Source of the DNA: an uncultured virus (IMG/VR IMGVR_UViG_3300040974_000011)
Lineage: Duplodnaviria; Heunggongvirae; Uroviricota; Caudoviricetes
Virus record (IMG/VR): IMGVR_UViG_3300040974_000011
Length of the DNA: 20,000 bases
Direction: 5' to 3' (one strand)
Made by a program: the position numbers and the translations under genes. Shown here in pieces: positions 1-7,628 of the stretch. The notes beneath the pieces were generated by a model. The model had not been told where the DNA came from, did no database searches, and saw nothing but the letters and a program-made list of their open reading frames with translations. How positions within the stretch are numbered: the first letter of the stretch is position 1; the number at the start of each line of letters is the position of its first letter.

Positions 1-870
1 GTGGCGGAGCAGGTGCGGGTGGACATGAGGCAGGCCAGCAGCCTTTGCCGCGGTGGTTAGCCCCTTCTTGACCGACCGAACTGGCTTCCCGGCCCACTCG
101 ATCACGTAGTCCGACCGCGCGCCCTGTTTGGCCTCCAGCAAGCGCAAGCGGATCGTGCGTGTCATCTGCACGATGGCGCGTCCCTTATGCGCCGCTTTGA
201 TCTCAGGGTCTTCCAAGTCGATCTTGTTGCGGTCGAACAGCACCCGGTCCCATGTCAGCCCAAGGATGGCCCCCGCGCGCCCGGCCGTCGCGTAGGCCAA
301 ATGCACGAACAGGGCGAGGTGCGGCGTTTTGCACGCATCGGCCAGCAGCCTGATCTGGCGCGCGGTCAGATGCCGGTCGCGGCGATCACGCACGGTCGCC
401 GGCCGCTCAATGTCTGGTGCGGACTTGATCAGCCGATGTTTCTTGGCCCAGCGCAGCACTGTGCGGATCCGGCCTAGCTCGGTGATGATCGTGCCGTCCT
501 TCCTGCCGAGAGAGCGACGCGCCGCGATATAAGCTCGGCAGTCGGCAATCGTGATGTCCTCCGCCGACATCGCGCCAAAATGTGGGGCTAGCGCCTTCCA
601 CTGATGCGCCATGATAGCGACGGACGGATTGCCGGCCTTATCCCGGCGATAGGCTTCCCAAAGCTCGGCAACGGTCGTGCCCTTCGGCCTCAGAGCCTCG
701 GCGTAGACCGCTGGCGCGCGGCGGCGAGCCTCAGTCTCGTTATCGGTGCCGAGCCGGAAACGCCGCCGTTTTCCATCCTGCCAGAAGCTGAGGACGCATT
801 CGCCGTGAGGGAAGAGTCCCTGTCGCTTCTCTGATGCTCGAAGCCGGCCGATTTCATATTCGTCTGCCAT
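1..870 (-). CDS. int: Tyrosine recombinase/phage integrase (3' end runs off the window)
   Basis: Manual translation from ATG 870 (GGAG upstream): MADEYEIGRL...LAYATAGRAGAILGLTWDRV (catalytic Arg box)...HVHPHLLRH (H-x-x-R box) at the window edge. Absent from the ORF track because it has no stop in the window. Confidence 0.95.
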   Translation of the reverse strand, partial: MADEYEIGRLRASEKRQGLFPHGECVLSFWQDGKRRRFRLGTDNETEARRRAPAVYAEALRPKGTTVAELWEAYRRDKAGNPSVAIMAHQWKALAPHFGAMSAEDITIADCRAYIAARRSLGRKDGTIITELGRIRTVLRWAKKHRLIKSAPDIERPATVRDRRDRHLTARQIRLLADACKTPHLALFVHLAYATAGRAGAILGLTWDRVLFDRNKIDLEDPEIKAAHKGRAIVQMTRTIRLRLLEAKQGARSDYVIEWAGKPVRSVKKGLTTAAKAAGLPHVHPHLLRH

Positions 871-1037
871 GCGTTCTCCGTTGCCTCAACGGCGGCACGA
901 GGGATCCTGAGGAGCTTCCCGCCAACCCGGAAGTGCCCGAGGTCGCCACGATTGACCATGTTGCGGACGTGCTGCTCGGAGCACCCCCATTCATCCGCGA
1001 CCTCGCGCGGCGTCAGGATGTCAGGCCTGCGGGCCAT
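690..1037 (-). CDS. xis: Excisionase / HTH_17-type DNA-binding protein
   Basis: MARRPDILTPREVADEWGCSEQHVRNMVNRGDLGHFRVGGKLLRIPRAAVE is a typical Xis winged HTH; AGGAGG precedes ATG 1037; lies directly upstream of int. Confidence 0.88.
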   Translation of the reverse strand: MARRPDILTPREVADEWGCSEQHVRNMVNRGDLGHFRVGGKLLRIPRAAVEATENAWQTNMKSAGFEHQRSDRDSSLTANASSASGRMENGGVSGSAPITRLRLAAARQRSTPRL

Positions 1038-1185
1038 TCCGTCCTCCTGTGTCAGATCCTGTCTCGGGGAGAGGAGCGGCCTTGGCGATCGTGCGCCGGG
1101 CGAGCCATTGGCCGAACAGCGCGCAGCCCGAGCAGATGACGGCACCATGCGCGAAGCCCATGATGTAGGCTCCGAGGTTCGTCAT
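1021..1185 (-). CDS. Small hypothetical membrane peptide (54 aa)
   Basis: MTNLGAYIMGFAHGAVICSGCALFGQWLARR hydrophobic stretch; ATGA overlap with the upstream stop; GGAGGAG RBS. Confidence 0.55.
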   Translation of the reverse strand: MTNLGAYIMGFAHGAVICSGCALFGQWLARRTIAKAAPLPETGSDTGGRNGPQA

Positions 1186-1697
1186 CGGCTCTCCTCCTGG
1201 TTGAGGAGGGCAAGCTTCGCGGAGAGCCAGTCCCGACTGGTCAGGTAGCTTGTGGTGACCGTGACGTCGCCATTGTCGTTGAAGACGCATGCAGCGAACG
1301 GCTTGAGCGCCTTCTGGGCTTCCTGGAGTTGGCTGCGGAGGGAGGCGTTCTGCTCGTCTTTGTCTCGCAAAGCCTGCTCGACCACAGCCGTGTAGTCGGC
1401 GGACTCCTTCCGTGCGGCAGCGAGATCGGATCGGAGCTGGGCGAGGATCGGGGCAGCCGCCTCATTCGCGATCTGCGCCCCATCGCGCCGGGCGGCACCG
1501 AGGGCATCCAGCAACAGGGGCTCGGCGATCCTGCCGAACTCCTCGAATGGCCCCTTGAAGCCAAGGCCGTCAGCGAGGACCGCTTCCGTCAGGGAGACGG
1601 CCAGGTTCACGGCTTCATCAGCGAGCGCTGTGCGGAGGGCGTCATGCATCTCCCCGAAGCTGGCGTTGTCGGCGGTCCGGCCGGATGCGGGGGTCAT
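1182..1697 (-). CDS. Hypothetical phage protein with coiled coil
   Basis: MTPASGRTADN... ATGA overlap at 1694-1697; heptad-like segment LAQLRSDLAAARKE...LRSQLQEAQKALKPFA. Confidence 0.75.
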   Translation of the reverse strand: MTPASGRTADNASFGEMHDALRTALADEAVNLAVSLTEAVLADGLGFKGPFEEFGRIAEPLLLDALGAARRDGAQIANEAAAPILAQLRSDLAAARKESADYTAVVEQALRDKDEQNASLRSQLQEAQKALKPFAACVFNDNGDVTVTTSYLTSRDWLSAKLALLNQEESR

Positions 1698-2077
1698 GCG
1701 AGCCTCCAGAGAACGAGCCCGTTGGTCAGGAGGTGCAGCGTGTTGTCGGCCACGATCAGCAGCCAGACCGAGAGCCACGCTGGCACGTCGTCGGTATAGC
1801 CAGTGGCCGTGACCGGGCCGCGGGCGCCGTTCTTCGCCCAGACCACGAAGCGGGCGAGCCGGAAGCGGTCGATGAAGAAGTGCGGAATGAGGATCCCAAG
1901 CCACGCCCACGCAGCAGCAGGCCCAAGGCCAGTGATCGGGATGAAGCAGCACGCATAGACGAGCGCGTGGGTCGCCGCGGCGAGGCTGTTGCGCGTCTTC
2001 TCGGTGGCCATCCAGTGACTTTGTAATAGAAAATCCCCAACGAGATGGGCTAAGATTTGATCCGCAGTCACGAACAT
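1694..2077 (-). CDS. DUF3307-family membrane protein (intact copy with recoded 5' end)
   Basis: MFVTADQILAHLVGDFLLQSHWMATEK...H...HFFIDRFRL...ADNTLHL, matching the H-x-x-x-DF-x-x-Q, H-x-x-x-D and D-x-x-x-H motifs; AGGGG RBS 8 nt before ATG 2077. Confidence 0.85.
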   Translation of the reverse strand: MFVTADQILAHLVGDFLLQSHWMATEKTRNSLAAATHALVYACCFIPITGLGPAAAWAWLGILIPHFFIDRFRLARFVVWAKNGARGPVTATGYTDDVPAWLSVWLLIVADNTLHLLTNGLVLWRLA

Positions 2078-2090
2078 CTGGTCAGCCCCT

Positions 2091-2639
2091 ATGAACGAAT
2101 ACAACAGCTCCGACATCCTTCGATTTTGGGCGAAGGTGTCTAAGCAGGCGACTGATTGCTGCTGGCCGTGGACAGGGACTATGTCCGGTGATGGCTACGG
2201 GCTTTTTGACCGGCGACGCGAAGGAAAGAGGTTCGCCCGGCGGGCGCACCGCGTCGCCTACGAGCTGGCTCACGGTCCGCTGCCTGCGGGTTTGATGGTG
2301 CGCCACAAGTGCGACAACCCGCGCTGCTGCAACCCAAGCCACCTTGAGCCGGGCACGGCTGCCGAGAACTCGCGCGACATGGTGGAGCGCGGTAGGCATT
2401 GGACGCTTCAGCGCCCAACAGAAGTCCCTCGCGGCTCCGAGCACTGGACGGCGCGCAATGGCACGGCGCCACTTCTGCGCGGCCAAGATCATCCTAGCGC
2501 CAAATTGACGGCCGAGATGGTTCGGGAGATCAGGGCAGCGCGAGATGTCCCTCAGCGCGAACTGGCGCGACGCTACGGTGTCTCGCAGGGGGCAATCTGG
2601 CAGGTGCTTCGCGGCAACCACTGGTCCCACGTAAGCTGA
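2091..2639 (+). CDS. HNH (HNH_3-type) homing endonuclease with C-terminal HTH DNA-binding domain
   Basis: CWPWTG...GYG...RAHRVAYELAHG...VRHKCDNPRCCNPSHLEPGTAAENSRDM; C-terminal RGQDHPSAKLT...QRELARRYGVSQGAI; antisense to the operon. Confidence 0.93.
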   Translation: MNEYNSSDILRFWAKVSKQATDCCWPWTGTMSGDGYGLFDRRREGKRFARRAHRVAYELAHGPLPAGLMVRHKCDNPRCCNPSHLEPGTAAENSRDMVERGRHWTLQRPTEVPRGSEHWTARNGTAPLLRGQDHPSAKLTAEMVREIRAARDVPQRELARRYGVSQGAIWQVLRGNHWSHVS

Positions 2640-2702
2640 CTGGAGCAGATAGTCCCCGACGAGGTGCGCCACGATCTGGTCGGCGGTGAAGAAGGCGCTC
2701 AT
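2637..2702 (-). pseudogene. Original 5' end (22 codons) of the DUF3307 gene, cut off by the HNH insertion
   Basis: MSAFFTADQIVAHLVGDYLLQS, ATGA-coupled to the upstream gene; near-identical in protein to 2018-2077. Confidence 0.9.
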
Positions 2703-3832
2703 TCTTCCGCCTCCCCCTGAAGGGTGCGGAGCGCGGTTTCGATGGCGTCGGCTCGGTCGCGCATGCCGGCTTTGCGAGCCGTGTTGTGAACGTGATCGGC
2801 AGTCCCCCGCAGCCACATGACGAGCCCTTCCGGGGTCATGGGCCTAGGAACCTCGCGTAGCACCTCCTTCGCCTCCTCGACCGCCATGGATCCGGTCTTG
2901 AGGGTGGGCGAAGACTGGGGGGAGGGTTCGGGCGTTCTGGCTTCGCCCGTCCGGTCGTGCTCGATGGCCTGATCCTCGCCCATCGTCCGCCAGTCAGGCC
3001 ACGTCCGAGCGAAATTACGATCCTGCTTGGCCTGCATCGCCGGCAGCAGGTCTTCCGGCTTGCCGCCATGGCGCCAGAAGCCGTCCATCGCCAGGATGAT
3101 GACGTCGACCCACTCGGCCAGATCGTGCGGCTCGGCCTCGATCTCGCGAAGCTCCTTGGTGATGTGCTGGACGATGCCCTTGGTCCGCAGGGCCGGGCCG
3201 AACGTCTCCTTCGACCACGCCCATTGCCGGTGAAGGTAGGCGACGAGGTCCGCCCCCTTCTCCTTTCCTGATCCAGAGGCGAGAACGAGCTTCCCGGAGC
3301 GGTGAACTTCGTCGGATTTGATCGCCGATCGCAGATCCATAATGTAGTCCGGCAGCGTGCCGACTGATCCGTCCTTGTCGAACCAGTTTACGACCTCCAG
3401 AGCGGCTTCGCGCAACGTCAGCTCGCCTTCGAAGCGATCGCCGGGGAAGTCTGCTCTCAGCCGTTCCAGTTCGCCACCATCCCCATCCCCGCTTGAGGAG
3501 ACGGGTGCGGCGGCGACATGCTCGGCCCATTGGCTCGCATCGGTGATGACGCGGGCCAGCCGCTCGCCGTCGACGTCGCTTCGGACGAAGTTGGACAGCC
3601 GCGCTCGATCCGTAGCGGTGGAGTAGACGGTCAGGCCGTCTCGGACGGACAGGGCCACCGGCATCCGCGCCATGTACTGCCGGATCCAGGCGTCCCGCTT
3701 CTCGCAGTACTCCGCGTGGGTTTGTGCCCAGCCGGAGATGCCGGTTGCGTGCCCTCGCCCGTAGGCGTCGCGCAGGGCCTTCGCGAGATCACCGTCTCGG
3801 ACGGACGGGGCTGTATTGGTGGGGGTGTGCAT
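2699..3832 (-). CDS. Multi-domain phage protein with DUF550 (dATP/dGTP diphosphohydrolase, MazG-like) domain
   Basis: RQWAWSKETFGP...GIVQHITKELREIEAEPHDLAEWVDVIILAMDGFWRHG...AKQDRNFARTWPDWR is characteristic of DUF550. Confidence 0.85.
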   Translation of the reverse strand: MHTPTNTAPSVRDGDLAKALRDAYGRGHATGISGWAQTHAEYCEKRDAWIRQYMARMPVALSVRDGLTVYSTATDRARLSNFVRSDVDGERLARVITDASQWAEHVAAAPVSSSGDGDGGELERLRADFPGDRFEGELTLREAALEVVNWFDKDGSVGTLPDYIMDLRSAIKSDEVHRSGKLVLASGSGKEKGADLVAYLHRQWAWSKETFGPALRTKGIVQHITKELREIEAEPHDLAEWVDVIILAMDGFWRHGGKPEDLLPAMQAKQDRNFARTWPDWRTMGEDQAIEHDRTGEARTPEPSPQSSPTLKTGSMAVEEAKEVLREVPRPMTPEGLVMWLRGTADHVHNTARKAGMRDRADAIETALRTLQGEAEE

Positions 3833-3835
3833 GGC

Positions 3836-4327
3836 TCAAGCCTCCACCTTGGCGGGCTCAAGCAGCCGGGTGATCTCGGCAGGAAGAGCCGGCTGCGTCA
3901 GTTCGGTCGCCTGCGGGGCGGCCCAGGGCTGAGCAGGCTCGTCGCTCGGCTCCGGCCCCCAATCGATGACGATCTCGCCCGTCGCCAAGAAACGGTCGCG
4001 GAGGCGCTTGAGGGTGGCGATGGCCCGAGAGAGGGGGTAGCGGCCATCCTCCGAATAGCCAGGCGGCTCAAACAGAAGGCAGCCTCGGCCGCCGCTCAAG
4101 CCGAGCCACTCGGCCGCAAGATCGCTGTCGGAAAGCGCCTCAGGATGCAGAACCATGATCCAGCCGGCAATGCAGGCAGCAGTTCCGCACTCGTGGATGA
4201 TCTCGATGCCTCGGCCTGACCAAGTGCTATGGGCACCCTCTGAGAAGAACGCCCGCATGTTAAACTTTTCCGGCGGCTGCGCCTCCAGATGCGCGATGAG
4301 CTTGTCGAGATTGGCGACGTTCAGCAT
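3836..4327 (-). CDS. Conserved hypothetical phage protein (CGTxxCIAGW motif)
   Basis: MLNVANLDKLIAHLE...FNMRAF...ECGTAACIAGW; AAGGA RBS before ATG 4327. Confidence 0.8.
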   Translation of the reverse strand: MLNVANLDKLIAHLEAQPPEKFNMRAFFSEGAHSTWSGRGIEIIHECGTAACIAGWIMVLHPEALSDSDLAAEWLGLSGGRGCLLFEPPGYSEDGRYPLSRAIATLKRLRDRFLATGEIVIDWGPEPSDEPAQPWAAPQATELTQPALPAEITRLLEPAKVEA

Positions 4328-4547
4328 GGCTGATCCTTCTTCGCTTCGGCTGGATTGCGGGTCGGGGGTGCGGGAGGGAGGGGTGGCGCATCGCCTTCGG
4401 CGACCGGGCCGTTGCCCTGACGGGCCGAGCCCAAGGTCTCGGCGCTCCGCGCTGCCGTCCCTTGCGCGGGCGCCAAGAACACGACGCTGAGCGGATGCAC
4501 GACGACGGGGCTGTCGAGGTCGTCGAACATCACATGGATGTAATTCC
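4321..4547 (-). pseudogene. 3' half of the phage gene interrupted by the ISL3 element
   Basis: Removing 4548-7658 and one TSD joins ...GEIVYPGTSRNY (ORF from 8126) in frame to IHVMFDDLDSPVVVHPLSVVF..., giving a 228-aa ORF. Confidence 0.9.
4385..4480 (-). repeat. Structured multi-hairpin element, copy B (inverted homolog of 7977-8074)
   Basis: Minus strand gttcttggcgcccgcgcaaggga...gcgcGGAgcgc, gccgag/ctcggc stem, gcccgg, tcgccGAAggcga, tgcgcc. Confidence 0.75.
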
Positions 4548-4588
4548 GGGTATGCGACATTCGAGGTTGCTGAGCCCATAGCTGCCCA

Positions 4589-5077
4589 TTAGGTCGATTG
4601 TGGCTTTGGAGGTTGATGGGTCGTCTCTTGCGACGCGGTGGCCATGTCATCGAGCAAGAGCGCCGCGTCTGCATACGCCCGCTCTTGCGCATCGTCTGTC
4701 ATGCAGGCTTCCTTGCCCTTGAAGGAAGACACGAACCGAAAAAGAGCATCGTATAGGGCAACCGCACGAGCCTCGGCGGCCTCCGCGCGATTAAGTGCCA
4801 ACCGATGAGCCAAGCATTCTGCTTGGTACACGTCTGCGTCTACGAGACCGGCGGATTTTGTGTGTGCTACAGAGCGCGCAGCACCAATGCTTTGTCCGCA
4901 TTGCTCTCGGTAGAGGCTGACCCACAATGGCTTCCTGCCGCAGACACGGTAACCCTTGATCCAGTCCTCCAACGCTCTGTTGGTGCCTTGAGCGATTATA
5001 AGCTCTATACGCAGCCGTCTGTTTTCGGCTCGCAGACGTTTAAGCGTCTCTCGTATAGGGCCAGCAGACTCGCTCAT
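4589..5077 (-). CDS. IS passenger: hypothetical coiled-coil protein
   Basis: MSESAGPIRETLKRLRAENRRL...RAEAAEARAVALYDAL; ATGA overlap with the upstream gene. Confidence 0.65.
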   Translation of the reverse strand: MSESAGPIRETLKRLRAENRRLRIELIIAQGTNRALEDWIKGYRVCGRKPLWVSLYREQCGQSIGAARSVAHTKSAGLVDADVYQAECLAHRLALNRAEAAEARAVALYDALFRFVSSFKGKEACMTDDAQERAYADAALLLDDMATASQETTHQPPKPQST

Positions 5078-5292
5078 ACTGGGTCTCTCAAGTTTGCCTG
5101 CGGCGCATCGCCCGCTTCCATGCAGAGCGTCGGGCACCCTTCGCCCCAGCAAGTCTCAGATGTCAGCGGGAGCGGGCAATCGGAAAAGCAGGACCGACAC
5201 CACTCGCCAGTTAGTCGGTCGCACATGAGATACGCGGCCGTAACGTCTTTGTGGCAGTGATCGCAGGTGATCTTCCCGTCAGCATGTCTCAT
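5074..5292 (-). CDS. IS passenger: small Cys-rich (zinc-binding) protein
   Basis: MRHADGKITCDHCHKD...MCDRLTGEWCRSCFSDC...CWGEGCPTLC; ATGA overlaps at both ends. Confidence 0.7.
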   Translation of the reverse strand: MRHADGKITCDHCHKDVTAAYLMCDRLTGEWCRSCFSDCPLPLTSETCWGEGCPTLCMEAGDAPQANLRDPV

Positions 5293-6035
5293 TGGAGCGA
5301 CTCCGCTTGGCACGCGATTGTTCGGACGACCGCAAAAGCCCGCCGATCCGCCTCCTGACGCTCGTCTATCCAAGCTCCCGGAAGGTCGTTCCCTTGTGGG
5401 AGCTTGCCGAATAGTGGAATTCCATAAGCGGCCTGCGGGCTACCGCAATAGTCACCGTAGCAACCTGCGCGCTGCCAATCAGTCGATAGACGTAGGTGTG
5501 CTTCAATGATCTGGCCGCCAATCGACTCGACGTTGAGCGGTCCGGCGTAGTCACCAAGATGAACCCTACACCATTCATTCACCATCGTGAGTTCTGGCTC
5601 AATTGGCGCGTCATGTAGTGCCCATAGATCAAAGCGTCCGAACCGATCAGATGGGACGCCGGTTGCCTGCGCCGACCACAGGATCTGGCCTCGATCTACC
5701 AATGCATCCGTGGAGACGTGCGAGCCCTCAAGATGGTCCGCCCACATCATGCCCGGCGCATAGTCGAGATTGTCGGGATCGCTAACGAAACGGGCGCCGA
5801 TCCCCATCCCGTGCAGGTTCGTGATCGGCTTGACGATCACCGGGAAACGCTTTGGCGTTACTCCGAGCGGTGCGTGAGCGTAGGTCTGAGTTTCGGCAAT
5901 CAGCAGACGGTCATAGACCCATCGGTGTTTTGGGTTGGCTATCCACGCATCCGCATCCTCCATTTCGACGAGCCATTCTGCCGGGTAGGCGGGTCCCAAT
6001 CGCTTCTCGTTGTGGCGCTGCCTGAACGTGCTCAT
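5289..6035 (-). CDS. IS passenger: ATP-grasp-like protein
   Basis: FPVIVKPITNLHGMGIGARFV and GPLNVESIGGQIIEAHLR resemble ATP-grasp motifs; GAGGA RBS before ATG 6035 (alternative start 6059). Confidence 0.7.
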   Translation of the reverse strand: MSTFRQRHNEKRLGPAYPAEWLVEMEDADAWIANPKHRWVYDRLLIAETQTYAHAPLGVTPKRFPVIVKPITNLHGMGIGARFVSDPDNLDYAPGMMWADHLEGSHVSTDALVDRGQILWSAQATGVPSDRFGRFDLWALHDAPIEPELTMVNEWCRVHLGDYAGPLNVESIGGQIIEAHLRLSTDWQRAGCYGDYCGSPQAAYGIPLFGKLPQGNDLPGAWIDERQEADRRAFAVVRTIACQAESLQ

Positions 6036-6048
6036 TCGATCCTCAATC

Positions 6049-6146
6049 CGATAACGCATTGCAACCTAATCCGACATCGGATACGGGTCAATAAGCGATA
6101 TCGCATTGGAGGTAGCTTTGACTCATAAACCGATATCGGTCACAAC
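6049..6146. promoter_or_regulatory. Divergent promoters of the IS with four CGATATCG-like palindromic operators
   Basis: Sites cgataacg 6049-6056, atccgacatcggat 6069-6082, gcgatatcgc 6095-6104, accgatatcggt 6129-6140. Leftward TTGACC(6091-6086)-N17-TAGGTT; rightward TTGACT(6118-6123)-N17-CACAAC. Each spacer contains a palindrome. Confidence 0.7.
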
Positions 6147-6153
6147 CGTGGCC

Positions 6154-6339
6154 GTGCCAAAAGACAAGCTCGACGACAAGACGTTGGTCCGCTTCAGAGC
6201 GGGCGTGCTCGACCGCATTGACGCGGTGGCGGGCAAGTTCCGGCGCGCAGTTTTCATCCGCGAAGCCGTCGAGACCGCACTGACAAAGGCAGAGAAGCGG
6301 CGGCCGGGCAAAGGGGCTACCGAGGGGGAGCGGCCTTGA
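6154..6339 (+). CDS. Ribbon-helix-helix (CopG/Arc-like) regulator (start uncertain: 6106, 6148 or 6154)
   Basis: KTLVRFRAGVLDRIDAVAGKFRRAVFIREAVETAL beta-helix-helix pattern; its stop overlaps the transposase start (TTGA). Confidence 0.78.
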   Translation: MPKDKLDDKTLVRFRAGVLDRIDAVAGKFRRAVFIREAVETALTKAEKRRPGKGATEGERP

Positions 6340-7628
6340 GCGATCTGCTTCGCTTGAAGCACCTGGAGCACGTCGCCGACTACGAGGAGGGCGACAAGCT
6401 CATCATCAAAGTCCAGAGCCGGAACCCGGTCCCCGAGCGCCAGTGCTGTCTCTTTGCCACCATGATCAAGAATGGCCGGAAGCTCGGGCAGCGGTATCGC
6501 GACGAGCCGATCCGGCGGCAGACCGTCCGGATAGAGATCGACCGACAGCGCTACAAGTGCTCAGCCTGCGGGAAGACCGGCATCTACGAGGCGCTGCCGG
6601 ACATCGATATCCGGCACGACATGACGAAGAAGCTGCTCGTGCGCATCCAGAAGGATGCAGTGGAGTGGCCGTTCAGCCATGCCGCCAAGATCAACGGTGT
6701 CGAGGCGAAGCAGGTCGAGCGGATTTTCCAGGACCATGCCGACAAGGTTCTGAAAGGATACCTGCCGAAGCTCCCGCGCGTTCTCAGCATGGACGAGAAG
6801 GTGATCCGGAAGAAGGCTCGGTTCATCATCGGCGACATTGAGAACAGCGCCATGCTCGACATGCAGATGTCGAGAAGGAAGATCGACCTCAACGAGTATT
6901 TTTCCCTGTTGCCGGGTCGCGACGATGTCGAGGTGATTTGCCAGGACATGTGGTCCACCTACCGCGAACTGAACAAGGGCTTGTTCAAGAACGCGACGGT
7001 CGTCATTGACAAATACCACGTCCAGCGGACGGCCAACAAAGGCGTCGAGGCCGTTCGGCGGCTCTTCCAGCAGGACGTGTCGAAGGCGGAGCGCATCCAC
7101 CTCAAGAACAAGCAGAGCGTCTTCCTGGCCCGCTGGGGCACCGCGAAGCCACGAACCATCAACCAGTTGAACGCCTTGTTCACGTACTTCCCCACGCTCA
7201 AGCGGGTCTACGAGTGTAAAGAGAGCTACTACGAGATTTACGACGCCGCCTCGAAGTACGAGGCAAACGAGATGATGAACCAGTGGCTCGTGGATCTACC
7301 GAAGGACCTACACCGGCCCTTCAAACCGGCGCGGGACGCGCTCAACAACTGGCGCCCGTGGATCTTGAACTACTGGGATCATCCCTATACGAACGCCTAC
7401 GCCGAGAGCCTGAACAACCTGATCGGCCGGATGAACATGCAGGGCGTCGGCTACAGCCCGGAAACCCTTCGCGCCAAGGCGCTCCTCAAGCACGGCGTGT
7501 TCGGCAAGACGCAGTGGGGCGAGTGGGTCCACATCGGGCGCGAAGGCAGCGTCCCGATGGTCTGGGACGTGGGCCTCGGGGTGCCGCTATCAACCTTAGA
7601 AGCCGACTTGGAGGCGGGCACGTTCTGA
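6336..7628 (+). CDS. ISL3-family DDE transposase
   Basis: N-terminal zinc finger (CCLF...RYKCSACG), VLSMDEK, VICQDMW, VVIDKYHV, TNAYAESLNNLI. Confidence 0.96.
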   Translation: MSDLLRLKHLEHVADYEEGDKLIIKVQSRNPVPERQCCLFATMIKNGRKLGQRYRDEPIRRQTVRIEIDRQRYKCSACGKTGIYEALPDIDIRHDMTKKLLVRIQKDAVEWPFSHAAKINGVEAKQVERIFQDHADKVLKGYLPKLPRVLSMDEKVIRKKARFIIGDIENSAMLDMQMSRRKIDLNEYFSLLPGRDDVEVICQDMWSTYRELNKGLFKNATVVIDKYHVQRTANKGVEAVRRLFQQDVSKAERIHLKNKQSVFLARWGTAKPRTINQLNALFTYFPTLKRVYECKESYYEIYDAASKYEANEMMNQWLVDLPKDLHRPFKPARDALNNWRPWILNYWDHPYTNAYAESLNNLIGRMNMQGVGYSPETLRAKALLKHGVFGKTQWGEWVHIGREGSVPMVWDVGLGVPLSTLEADLEAGTF

